Below are positions 10,741-22,630 of a DNA stretch of 64,000 nt, piece after piece. The notes under the pieces were generated by a model that worked only from the letters and a program-made list of their open reading frames with translations, was not told the DNA's origin and did no database searches. Position numbers and translations under genes: made by a program. Source of the stretch: Macrostomum hystrix (Eukaryota; Animalia; Platyhelminthes); the NCBI GenBank assembly GCA_950097015.1, contig CATNEN010000008.1, forward strand, positions 2,356,001 to 2,420,000, in the 5' to 3' direction. The first letter of the stretch is position 1; every line of letters starts with the position of its first letter.

Positions 10741-11811
10741 GCTCTGCCAAACGAAGGACGCCATTTTCACCATAGACAATCCAGAGTAAAGAAATTTTAC
10801 CCCAAAGTGCATAACTCATCCAATCTGACATGACTGAAGTTCGACACAATTTTCAATAGATTGATAAAGCTCGAAAACTCTGCTTACGGCACTTTGTAGA
10901 AGTGGTACAGGGGGTGGGGCACTAAAAGTAAAATATCTCGAGATCTCGAGAATATATTTGTCGCGAATTTCATACCTCTTCTCTCCTTCCTCTGCACTTC
11001 TTGTCTGTTTACCTTTCAATTATTCAGTCAGTTCTTACCTCACTCTAATTCTGTATTGTTCTCTACCTGGGGTGCTTTCATTTTTCTGGAAATTTCACAA
11101 AGTTGAAAACTCTAATAGCAGCCACTTTCACAAGGCCAAAGGACGTCATATAGCAAACATTTGACCTTATGAAAGTGGCTGCTATTTAAGCTTTCGACGT
11201 TGTGAAACCCTCTTCCACCCCAACCTTTTATCTCTTTCCGCCGCCTTCTGATTGGTCCGCCTTTCACTTTCTACCCCAGTTGCGTAACCCCAACCCAACT
11301 CTTGTTATCTTCCGCCAACCCCTCTCTACTTGTTTCAAGTTGCAATATTAGGTAGACTGTCAAGGGCACACCTAAAGTAGGACCTGCTGGCAGAATTTAA
11401 ATTTCCTAATGTTGCTCGTAGTTCTTAAATATGTTTTTCTACGTTACTCGTACAAACGTATGGATGACTTTCCACGTAAATAGTAAAAAACTTGCCTCTT
11501 TCTTTCGTCAATGTTCACTCGTCATATCGTAACTCAATTATCATGGTTTACATCGGAGTAGCATCGTTAGGCATAAAAATTAAGCACAAAATTATATAGT
11601 GTATTTTAAAATCAAGTGCAATGAATATTTTTGACAAAAGAGCTAACGCAATAGTTACAAAAAGCCATTGAATTTGCATGTGTTTTAGTGTTTTACACTC
11701 TTTAGAATGAGAGTTCAAGTTACTGACCCAATAAATTTACTCGCATTTTATTTTAAATCTAAATAATTCAATAAAGCTACTTATAGGCTTTAACTGAGGA
11801 GTTAAGTTAAA

Positions 11812-12417
11812 TGATGACTGAAGGGGAGTAGCTGAATGATGACTGAAGGTGAGTAGCTGAATGAGGACTGAAGGGGAGTAGCTGAATGATGACTGAAGGG
11901 GAGTAGCTGAATGAGGACTGAAGGGGAGTAGCTGAATGAGGACTGAAGGAGAGTAGCTGAATGATGACTGAAGTAGAGTAGCTGAATGAGGACTGAAGGG
12001 GAGTAGCTGAATGAGGACTGAAGGGGAGTAGCTGAATGAGGACTGAAGGGGAGTAGCTGAATGAGGACTGAAGGAGAGTAGCTGAATGAGGACTGAAGGG
12101 GAGTAGCTGAATGAGGACTGAAGGGGAGTAGCTGAATGAGGACTGAAGGGGAGTAGCTGAATGATGACTGAAGGGGAGTAGCTGAATGAGGACTGAAGGG
12201 GAGTAGCTGAATGAGGACTGAAGGAGAGTAGCTGAATGATGACTGAAGGAGAGTAGCTGAATGAGGACTGAAGGGGAGTAGCTGAATGAGGACTGAAGGA
12301 GAGTAGCTGAATGATGACTGAAGGAGAGTAGCTGAATGATGACTGAAGGGGAGTAGCTGAATGAGGACTGAAAGGGAGTAGCTGAATGAGGACTGAAGGG
12401 GAGTAGCTGAATGAGGA
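11812..12417. repeat. 25-bp minisatellite
   Basis: Unit GAGTAGCTGAATGAGGACTGAAGGG, about 24 copies. Confidence 0.95.
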
Positions 12418-12600
12418 ACTGAGAAGAATGTAGAATTAACCCTGAAAGACCGATCCTAATTATCTTTTTACGACGCGTGTATACCTATCCCACATTGTTA
12501 AGGACCAGCATGATAAGCATGATGTAACCAGCATCAAAGGAAACAATAATAGCGTGCATGAGGAAAGATCGTAGTTGTTTTCTAATAGATAATACACTGT

Positions 12601-13756
12601 TTACCGCGACGTTGTCGATGTTTGATTGGTCAATCGTTTCTCGCAGCGGACCCGTTTCTCGAAGACATAGCCGCCAGTGGCTTCGTCTCTGACCTGTCGC
12701 CAGGCCAGACTGATGTCGGCAAGCTCCCAGCCGGAGCTTCCGCGAGAGTCCGTTTGGCTGTCGCCGCCTCCGCTATCGCCTCCGCCGCCGCCGCCGCCTC
12801 CGCCAGCAGCCTGCTGATCCGGCGTGGCCTCTAGCTCGGAGACGAAGCAGCGATAGTCTGGCGGGCAGGAGCACAGAAATTTCACGTCGATCGGCCCGTC
12901 CTCAGTTTGGCGACGCTTCCTAGCGCAGACGCCGCCCAGAAGACGGCGCTCCGGCTTCAGGAATTCCACCGGCTCGCTGACGCTGCACTGGGCAGATCTG
13001 CAGCCGAACTCGTACACCCACTGCTCGGACTCCAGGTGCCACCCGAGCAGGTTGTACAGAGGAGCCTGTGTACAGTGTAGTGTGCACTTTTACACTACTG
13101 ACCTACCATTTCTCATGTCTAATAACTGACCTACCATTTCTCATGTCTAATAACTGACCTACCATTTCTCATGTCTAATAACTGACCTACCATTTCTCAT
13201 GTCTGACCTATCATTTCTCATGTCTGACCTACCATTTTTCGAACTTGATTTCAAGTCTCCCCAGTTGCTGAACTACGCATTCATAGCCCACCAGTGTTAC
13301 CCCGCATCAACCGCTGACCCCTTCAGCTCCGTCCGCGCCAGCTGGCGGGCAGTGACAGTAGATCTGCTCTAGCGCCGGCTCCCAGACATTGCGCGGACTG
13401 ACAAAGACGGCCGCCTTGACATCGCTGGGCCGGCACTGGCCGACCCGTCTGAACTCGCCGCATTTTAGAAACTGCACCCGCATCCTGGAATGCTCAAAGT
13501 GCTGCCAGATGAAGCTGTTGCCTGACCGCACATCCACCGGGGCGCTGCAGTTGATGCAGCCGTTGCAGTAGCGACCCTGGTCAACCACTTTGTCTGGAAA
13601 CTGAATCACGGCGTTGCAGACCCGTTCGCTGCCGAGACAGTCGGGCTCCAATTTTTTACTCTTCTGGGCCGCCGGCAGGTTTGGATAGATAGCTAGCATG
13701 GTTACTAGCACCAGCTGCAGCAGCGGCACCAGCTGCCTGTCGGAAGTTGCCGGCAT
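12601..13756 (-). CDS. Secreted cysteine-rich protein, Argos/giant-lens (SLPTX11)-like, about 300 aa, 2 exons
   Basis: Exons 13756-13319 and 13065-12601 join in phase 0 (GT..AG); alternative upstream ATG at 13810. Signal-like LVPLLQLVLVTMLAI. Cys pattern C..VC..C..C..C / QFLKC..C..IYCHCP / YEFGC..C..C..CSCPPDYRC resembles, from memory, the repeated modules of Argos. Confidence 0.55.
13098..13240. repeat. 28-bp intronic repeat
   Basis: ACTGACCTACCATTTCTCATGTCTAATA, about 5 copies, fills the intron of the Argos-like gene. Confidence 0.85.
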
Positions 13757-14559
13757 GACTGCGTGCCGTGTATCTAAGTGAGCTAGTGCGTGTTCGGATC
13801 TCCGACTCATGATATTCTGCACACTTCCCCCTCACAATGGTAGCCTCGCTATCCCCCCCGCCAATGCGGTTGGAGCCCATCAGACCCAGCTGCTCGCCCA
13901 CCCCACCTCCGCCTCGGCACCCCCGCCGTCATTAATTGATTGGCACTGTGGCACTCTTCACCCGCTCGACCCCACCCCGCTATTTGAGGAATCCTCAAAG
14001 CCAGTGCAGGCCAGAAAGTAATGAAATCAGCCGCGGGGGGGCACCGGTCTGCCGCAGGAAATGACTAGAGGGAGAGGGCGAGAGAAGCGGCCCCGACTGG
14101 ACTGCTGAGAGCCTTGTGGGATTTCTGGATCTGGCTTGGTCGAGAATGCTGGATTAGTGCGCAATGGCCGGGACCCCTAAATGCGCTGCGGCCTTCCCGT
14201 TTGGACCTCATCCGCCACCGGCCCGCCTGTCTGGGCCGGCTTTTTGGCGGCCACTTTCTGCTCACCACTCAAAAATTTTCCCTTTTCCTCATAAGGGAAA
14301 TGCGAACGGTGGGTCGTCGTTTGTGTCCCCCGGGGATCTGTGTGGGTGGGATGGCAACAGACCGGGCTTGGTATAGAGAGTGAATGCGGCGAAATGTTTG
14401 TAGGCCAAGTGGGGATACAAAAGTGAAGTGGCGCAAGCTCAAGAACTTTTAGCTAGCTTTGATCCTCACTGGGATAGCAGAGAGAAAAGATTGTCAGGAG
14501 CTCAGCATCTGGGGAGAAACTGTCCATGGTAAATCCGTGTCTGTTGAAAACTTCCGATT

Positions 14560-14890
14560 AACTTCAGGTCTTCATAATCATAACTTCAGGCCTGCATAAT
14601 CATAACTTCAGGCCTGCATAATCATAACTTCAGTTCTTCAGGTATTCAGAACTTCAGGTCTTCAGAACTTCAGATCTTCAGAACATCAGGTCTTCAGAAC
14701 TTCAGGTCTTCAGGTCTTCAGAACTTCAGGTCTTCAGTTCTTCAGGTCTTCAGAACTTCAGATCTTCAGAACTTCAGGTCTTCAGAACTTCAGGTCTTCA
14801 GTTCTTCAGGTCTTCAGAACTTCAGATCTTCAGAACTTCAGGTCTTCAGAACTTCAGATCTTCAGAACTTCAGGTCTTCAGAGCTTCAGG
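14560..14890. repeat. 16-bp/8-bp minisatellite
   Basis: AGGTCTTCAGAACTTC units. Confidence 0.9.
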
Positions 14891-15784
14891 TTTGGAATGT
14901 TACGATTTTCGAATTCATAAGGTCTTCTAATCGCTCAGGCCAGCAGACTCAGTTTAACACTAAGAGGTTTGAGGAATGTAGACGTATGAGTATGAGTACT
15001 GGATGTAGGAACTCAAACAGGAGGAAAGGGGCATATATTAGGCAAGCTCACTCAGTCAACAATGAGGTCATTTGCACAGCTCCCATCCCCATTACTCTAG
15101 TCAGGGAAGGAATTCCACAAAATCCCACAGATTGAAGCGAGGGATAACCAAGGCGCTGTTCTAGTACTAGAGTGGATTGGGGAGTTTGGCTTCATTTATC
15201 TCCGGGCAAGCGAGACCCACTTGGCCGACAGTCGTTAGTCGTATCCAAGACTTATTTTTCCCTTACTGAATCGCAACCGAGCACAAACTTGCACGGAGAA
15301 AAATTTCAGATCGATTATGGGAGTGTGGTCTCATTCTGCCCACCCAAGGCAATCGCAGGGTTTCTGGCTGATTCTAAATATAGATCTGCATGCAGGGGAA
15401 TAATTTGGTAAAAAAAACTGAACGACCGGAAGGCCTGGTCCATTAGCTCAATGCATTCTCTTCTCTTCTCTACTCTCAGTCGCCCAGACGTGTTCCAGCT
15501 CAGTTTGGCAAACAAATTCGCCAATAAAGTGACGGGCATAAAAAATGTGGATATTGATGAGACAGGCCGGGTGGAGAGGCTGTGGGTGTGAGCTGTAGTG
15601 CTATGGGTGCTGGTACGAGCGAAAAAATGGGGGAAAATGAGCGGAGAGAAGAGCATTGTAAATAATTCATTCAGTTGCAGCACTATCCGGGGTATCATTT
15701 CTTTTTAGCTTCTGTGGTTCGGCTATCTAGCCAGCTCGTCTTACCCTCGATGAGGCTGGACGGAATTCGCTTTTTACCAGTAGA

Positions 15785-16912
15785 GACACCAGATGAGAAG
15801 GGAAGGTGCCAGATGAGAAGGGAAGGTGCCAGATGAGAAGGGAAGACACCAGATGAGAAGGGAAGACACCAGATGAGAAGGGAAGACACCAGATGAGAAG
15901 GGAAGACACCAGATGAGAAGGGAAGACACCAGATGAGAAGGAAAGGTGCCAGATGAGAAGGGAAGACACCAGATGAGAAGGGAAGACACCAGATGAGAAG
16001 GGAAGACACCAGATGAGAAGGAAAGGTGCCAGATGAGAAGGGAAGACACCAGATGAGAAGGGAAGACACCAGATGAGAAGGAAAGGTGCCAGATGAGAAG
16101 GGAAGGCACCAGATGAGAAGGGAAGACACCAGATGAGAAGGGAAGACACCAGATGAGAAGGGAAGGCACCAGATGAGAAGGAAAGGTGCCAGATGAGAAG
16201 GGAAGACACCAGATGAGAAGGGAAGACACCAGATGAGAAGGGAAGACACCAGATGAGAAGGAAAGGTGCCAGATGAGAAGGGAAGACACCAGATGAGAAG
16301 GGAAGACACCAGATGAGAAGGAAAGGTGCCAGATGAGAAGGGAAGGCACCAGATGAGAAGGGAAGACACCAGATGAGAAGGGAAGACACCAGATGAGAAG
16401 GGAAGGCACCAGATGAGAAGGAAAGACACCAGATGAGAAGGGAAGACACCAGATGAGAAGGAAAGGTGCCAGATGAGAAGGGAAGGCACCAGAAGAGAAG
16501 GGAAGACACCAGATGAGAAGGGAAGACACCAGATGAGAAGGAAAGGTGCCAGATGAGAAGGGAAGGCACCAGAAGAGAAGGGAAGACACCAGATGAGAAG
16601 GGAAGACACCAGATGAGAAGGAAAGGTGCCAGATGAGAAGGGAAGGCACCAGAAGAGAAGGGAAGACACCAGATGAGAAGGGAAGACACCAGATGAGAAG
16701 GAAAGGTGCCAGATGAGAAGGGAAGACACCAGATGAGAAGGAAAGGTGCCAGATGAGAAGGGAAGGCACCAGATGAGAAGGGAAGACACCAGATGAGAAG
16801 GGAAGACACCAGATGAGAAGGGAAGACACCAGATGAGAAGGAAAGGTGCCAGACGAGAAGGAAAGGTGCCAGACGAGAAGGAAAGGTGCCAGATGAGAAT
16901 GGAAGTTGCCAG
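15785..16912. repeat. 20-bp purine-rich satellite (about 56 copies)
   Basis: Unit CAGATGAGAAGGGAAGACAC with variants. It accounts for the three overlapping minus-strand ORFs at 15695-16972. Confidence 0.97.
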
Positions 16913-17799
16913 TTTAGAAGGGTTGAAAGAATTAAATGAAATAAGAAAAGAGTTGCTACTCGCGAGTAGCAACGCGCGCGTATGAAAAGTACAGGTTTAC
17001 GATAATGCTATTGGTACGAGCGTGGATGCATTTAAAACACGGAAATAAATAAAAGATTGATAGTAAGATATTTAAACTACGTTTAGCCAATTAAATTCCT
17101 AGCTCGCATGCCTCTGTCAAAGAGAGCAAAGAGAATAACTTGAAATAAAAAAACATGAAAAATGTGCATAATTGAGATTGAGCTTGTACGCACATGTTGA
17201 CTCTAGAATAAAAAAGCACGGGAAAACACGGCTATGGAGTAAAAACACGGAGGAGAAAAATCTAGACTCTGGTTGCGAGCAATTCTGAGCTCCTCTGCCA
17301 TCGCCTCCAGTGCTGTTTGTCTTTCAGCCAAAATAAACTGCTGCATGAGCTTCAGCTTTGTACATACTCGTACTTAAACGCTCGTAGAATAGAGCGAGAG
17401 AGAAGAGAGGACAGGAGAGAGCGGAAGGGACGAGTGAGCTCGGACACCCGCCCCCTCCACCGTCGCCGCCGCTCATTTTACGATTCTGTCCATTGCATGC
17501 CGACTGAGGAAACTACGAGACTCGGAAACTCGTAATTCGGAATTGAAGAAGAGCCCGAATTGCACAGGGCGGAGGGCGGCCTGGAGACACCTCTTACACC
17601 ACCTCTCCACTCGTCCGAGATTACCTGCCTATTTACCCAAGTCCGCTATATTTTCACTCGCTCTCCTCTGCTTTTGCTTCTCTACCCTTCGATTCTTTTT
17701 GCGCAGTTCGAAGCGAATTTCGAATAGTGAAAAAGCAAACTTTGCGAAGCACTCGCGCCAAGCCAAAAAATAGCCTGCAAGATTCTCAAGACAAAAAAC

Positions 17800-20700
17800 A
17801 TGGAGACTTCAACCAGACGCGAGCACCCGCATGACCTCGTCAGCTACAGAGACACCGGCGAATTGTCCGACCTCACCGTCGTCATCGACAACGACTGCGA
17901 GTTGGCGCTCCACCGCTTCCCGCTCTACATCAAGTCGGATTATTTCCGCGAGCGGGCCACCGAGTCCCGGGTCAGCCTGCCAGCGAAGTTCCCCGGCGGC
18001 CGGCCCTGCTTCGAGTTAGTCGCCGATTTCTGCTACGGCAAACGCGTCGACATTGGGCCGGAGAACTGCGTGCAGCTCAACGCGGCCGCCAAACTGCTGC
18101 GCATGACCGGACGGGAGAACCTGGCCGACCTCACTGATCGCTACTTGGACGAAATTCTGCGCAATGCCCAGCTCACTAGATCGATGGGACCCGTCGTTGA
18201 ACTGCTGGCAAAGGCGACCGCCACTGGCTGCGTGGGCGAGGACGGCGATGCCGATGGCGAATCGGATGCCGCAGTCAAGGCCATCGCCGAGAGGTGCTTC
18301 ACCGCTCTGCTGGACGCATGGACTAAGCAGCAGCCATACGGCTCCGGGATAGTCGGCGAAAGGCTGCTCCGATTGCCGCTCCAATGGTTCGCCAAGCTGA
18401 TCGCAGCCACTGGCAACGATAGCGACAGGTGACCTTTGGGCTCCACCTGTTCAGATTGCATTATCTTGAGTATGATACCTGTTCAGATTGCATTATCTTG
18501 AGTATGATACCTGTTCAGATTGCATCATCCTGAGTATGATACCTGTTTCACAATCCTCCCTCAGGCAACGTCGGGCCCTGGCCGAGCTGTCCGCCCGCTA
18601 TCTGCATCGAGTCTTCCTTCGCGACGCCAGATTAGAGAAGCAAGCGGAATCGAAGCAAGCGGCCGAGGAGCCAGCGACCGCAGAGACGGAAGAGGAAAAG
18701 GCAGAGAAAGCTGGCGCAGGATCCGACGCGGAGGCCGACGAAGTTCAGCGTTCGTCTAGGCAGCCGAAGCCGCAGTCCGGCCGAGTTTGGCGGCGCCACG
18801 AAGAGGATGACGAGCAGCAGGACGACCGGCTGTTTGTTCCCCAGGAACCGGCCGGCCAGGTGCTGGACCGGGTGATCCTGGCGCTGCCCGAGGCTACCCC
18901 GCTAGCCGAAGTGATTAGCGCCGATTGGATTCAGAGGGCGTTGAAAATCAGCGAGAAGTTCGGCTGCCAGTGCCGCGGGCGCCTTCTGCAGCTGGCCGGC
19001 AACTCCCTGCACAAGTTCCGGCCTGAGGAGCTGCACCAGATGGCCTCACCGGTGCTGTGCGACATTGTGGGCAGCAGCGTGAGGAACAAGGGAGTGCAGC
19101 CTGAGGTGAGAGCTGCCTGCAGCTGCACCTGGGGTTGGTGTGCCTGTTTGGGTGGTTGGTGTGCCAGTTTAGGTTGTTGGTGTGCCTGTTTGAGTTGTTG
19201 ATGTTCCTTTTTGAGTAGTAAGTGTGCTATTTTAAAGGGTTTTGTGCTGTAGTTGATATGGGGCGATATTCTAAGGGGTTGGTATGCTATTCTAAGGGGT
19301 TGGTGTCTATTCTAAGGGGTTGGTGTCTATTCTAAGGGGTTGGTGTGCTATTCTAAGGGGTTGGTGTCTATTCTAAGGGTTTGTTGTCTATTCTAAGGGT
19401 TGGTGTCCATTCTAAGGGGTTGGTGTCTATTCTAAGGGGTCGGTGTCTATTCTTACGGGGTTGGTGTGCTATTCTAAGGGGTTGGTGTGCTATTCTAATG
19501 GTTGGTGTCCATTCTAACGGGTTGGTGTCCATTCTAACGGGTTGGTGTCTATTCTAAGGGGTCGGTGTCTATTCTAAGGGGTTGGTATGCTATTCTAAGG
19601 GGTTGGTGTCTATTCTAAGGGGTTGGTGTCCATTCTAAGGGGTTGGTGCATCATTTTGGAAATTTAACTCTCGCCACTCCGCCCACGCAGGTGCTGGCCT
19701 GTGTGATTGACAACCACCTGTTAGATTTGGCTCGCGAAGGCAACCTGGAGCCGGATGATTTTGTGAAGCTGGCTGGCAGTGTCCCGGCTGAATTTCGGAC
19801 GGGTCACGACACCCTGTACGAGGTGGTTGAGACTCTGCTGTGCTCCGGTGAGGTTCAGATTTACAGTGTATTTTTAACGCCTAGTTATCCCAGTCCATGG
19901 ACTGTACAGGAAAATTCTACGCATACATTAAAGGCAATTCCATCCCGGATGAGAAGCAGCAGGAGGTCGTCAGCATGGTGGATCTGGCTCGCTGCGATGT
20001 TGAAAGGCTTCAGCGAGCCTTGGAGAAGGGCGTCGTGCCGGCCAAGACCGTGTGCCAGTCGGCAATCGAACTGGCGAGGAAGTTTCGCCAGCAGCTGGAC
20101 CTGCGCCCCGTTGGCGGCAGCGGTAGCAGCGGCGGCCTTCGATTTCGGGTAGGCAGAAAGTGAAAAGAAACATTCTCAGTTATTAACCTAAATAATTTTC
20201 AAGCATGCTGATTGGCTGGGAATGAGATTCCTGCTCTACTTTCTACCCCTCATTGCCACCTCGTTCCATCACGCCTCACTATTGGCTGTCGGTTTTTCAC
20301 CCACCTCACTCCACTCCGGTATGGTCAAATTTGATTGGCCACTGGGTTCGGGTCCTAAATGAATAAAAAAATAAAACTGTGAATTTAGAAATAAAGCATG
20401 AGTTCACACAAAAATTCGACCTCTTGAAGAATCCTACAAACTTGAGCTGGCGGCGGCATCATCAAAGCGAACTTTCGCTGCCTAAAAGGCATGAAAAATC
20501 TAATCGATATTTCATCGGGCCTCAGAAGCTGTGGCGAGAGTTTGCTGAACTGTCGGCTCACACTCGCTACGAGTGCTACAGGCGGATCAAATATGGCCGT
20601 TTGCAGCCATGCGCTGGCTTGTTTGTGTGTAACACTGAGCTAATTGGTAGCTGCATTATCTGCCTGCAATGCAACCAGTCATTGAGTTCGGTTGTCAATC

Positions 20701-21839
20701 TAAATGATTATGTCAATCTGAATGAATTTCTAGACAATCACTTAAAGCTTTTGCGCACACAAATTTCGATTATTAAATTATTAATGAATGTACTTACTCT
20801 GTATTTTTATAGCAGCAAAGTGATTGATTTTTTATACTAGTAGCATATAGGAGGCATAATATTCCATGACTTCTGACTGATTTCATTGTCATCATATATT
20901 ATCATATGTCATCACAGTATTGACAAACCCTTTCCAACACGTACTCTGCCCGTCTACCCGTCTCATCTCTCCCCTGTCACATCTGTCCCCTGTCTCGTCT
21001 GTCCCCTGTCTCATCTGTCCCCTGTCTCATCTGTCCCCTGTCTCATCTCTCCCCTGTCTTATCTGTCCCCTGTCTCATCTGTCCCCTGTCTCATCTCTCC
21101 CCTGTCTTATCTCTCCCGTGTCTCATCTCTCCCCTGTCTCATCTCTCCCCTGCCTCATCTCTCCCGTGTCTCATCTCTCCCCTGTCTCATCTCTCCCCTG
21201 TCTCATCTCTCTCCTGCCTCATCTCTCCCCTGCCTCATCTCTCCCGTGTCTTATCTCTCCCCTGTCTCATCTCTCCCCTGTCTTATCTCTCCCCTGCCTC
21301 ATCTCTCCCCTGTCTCATCTCTCCCCTGTCTCATCTCTCCCATGATGATACAGATGGTATGAAAACTCGCATTGGATTTAAAAGCCGCAAACGCAACCTG
21401 TCCCTCCCCACAATAAGCAGGACGATAATCGAGGTGGCGGCGGTAGTCGCTATGGGGTCGCTGCAGGTTGGAGGTTCGAATCCCTGTCCCGGCCGCAGCA
21501 GCACCAGCTAGAGGGTGCACAGTTGGGCAGCAGCAGCGTTCATTATGCCGATCCGTACAGTTCAGGAGGTCCGCCAATTGTTAATTGAGTTTTTTTTTCT
21601 ATTTTATAGCCTCATGTCGGCTATCAAAACAGAATCGTATTTTTCTAGGCTACCGCGATGAGGAAGCTTATGGCGACTTCTCAGATTCTGCTGCGGGCGG
21701 CCGCTACACGGCCCAGGACTACGATGTTGACCTGCTGCTCCTAGAGGCGGAGAGAAGTGCTCAGCAGCAGCAGCAGCAGCAGCGGTCTGCTAATTATCCT
21801 TATTATCAGTCGCAAACGTGGCGTTCTAGAAGGTGGTGA
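17800..21839 (+). CDS. BTB/POZ + NPH3-domain protein resembling the plant NPH3/RPT2-like (NRL) family, about 626 aa, 6 exons
   Basis: Exons 17800-18428, 18565-19105, 19691-19847, 19934-20148, 21421-21568 and 21649-21839 total 1881 nt, all GT-AG with consistent phases. Motifs occur in NRL order: DLTVVI..LHRFPL, FPGGRPCFELVADFCYG, ENCVQLNAAAKLLRMT, NL..TDRYL, IAERC, VLDRVILALP..CRGRL..G..L, FVKLAGSVP..RTGHDTLYEVVETLL, EVVSMVDL.RC...LQRA. Confidence 0.85.
18445..18548. repeat. 32-bp repeat x3 in NRL intron 1
   Basis: ACCTGTTCAGATTGCATTATCTTGAGTATGAT units fill most of the 136-bp intron. Confidence 0.9.
19250..19645. repeat. 20-22-bp minisatellite in NRL intron 2
   Basis: TATTCTAAGGGGTTGGTGTC units. 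Confidence 0.9.
20950..21342. repeat. 16-bp pyrimidine-rich minisatellite in NRL intron 4
   Basis: TCTCATCTCTCCCCTG units. Confidence 0.95.
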
Positions 21840-21959
21840 TTTGACAGGGTTTCGCTGTGGCGTCATTGGAAGCGAACCATAGACATGTGAGCTGTGCGTT
21901 ATCTTTTAGAATTTGAAGAATGTGACTAAGGAACTCCAGAACACTCGCTTCATGTCCAA

Positions 21960-22630
21960 ACACCCACCTTATCTTCCCAGTCTTATCTTCCCATACCCCC
22001 ACCTCAGTCCAATACTGTCACCTCACTCTCATTCACCAACCTCACTTCCATAAACCCACCTCATTTGAATTCAGCCACCTCACTTTCAAACACCCACCTC
22101 ACTCAAATATACCCACCTCACTCACAAACAACCGCCTCACTCATATATACCCACCTTACTCCTATACACCCACTCCACTCCAATACAACCACCACACTCC
22201 TGTGCACCGATATGACTCCTATACATTCAGCTCACTCCTGATACACCCACCTCATTCCTGTGCACCCACCTTACTCCTATACACCCACTCCACTCCAATA
22301 CAACCACCACACTCTTAATACACTCACCTCACTCCTGATACACTCACCTCACTCCTGATACACCCACCTCACTCCTTATACACCCACCTCACTCCTGATA
22401 CACCCACCTCACTCCTGATACACTCACCTCACTCCTGACACACCCACCTCACTCCTATCCACCCACTCCACTCCAATACAACCTCCACACTCTTGATACA
22501 CCCACCTCACTCCTGATACACTCACATCACTCCTGATACACCAACCTCACTCCTGATACACCCACCTTACTCCTGATACACTCACCTCACTCCTGATACA
22601 CCCACCTCACTCCTATATACCCACCTCACT
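21960..22630. repeat. 20-bp CACCCACCTCACTCCTGATA minisatellite (same family at 23385-23592 and 25185-25250)
   Basis: Repeated CACCCACCTCACTCCT core at three locations, one of them inside an ARMC3 intron. Confidence 0.9.

Larger units (their letters stand above)
9078..10905 (-). mobile_element. mariner (DD34D) DNA transposon, apparently full length
   Basis: 21-bp TIR CCACTTCTACAAAGTGCCGTA (9078-9098) / TACGGCACTTTGTAGAAGTGG (10885-10905), flanked by TA (9076-9077, 10906-10907). Encloses an intact transposase ORF. Confidence 0.9.

Noticed and set aside
15695-16972. Three overlapping 350-425-aa minus-strand ORFs
   Set aside because: All three frames are open only because the 20-bp satellite lacks stops on that strand; the translation is repeat-derived.
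20379-20840. 153-aa ORF as a possible extra NRL exon
   Set aside because: The model is phase-consistent without it, donor sites are weak, and there is no family similarity. An alternative exon at 20526 cannot be fully excluded.
3137-21839. MyD88-like, Argos-like and NRL-like genes as a functional cluster
   Set aside because: Adjacency alone is not evidence in an animal genome; the genes are on mixed strands and separated by TEs and satellites.
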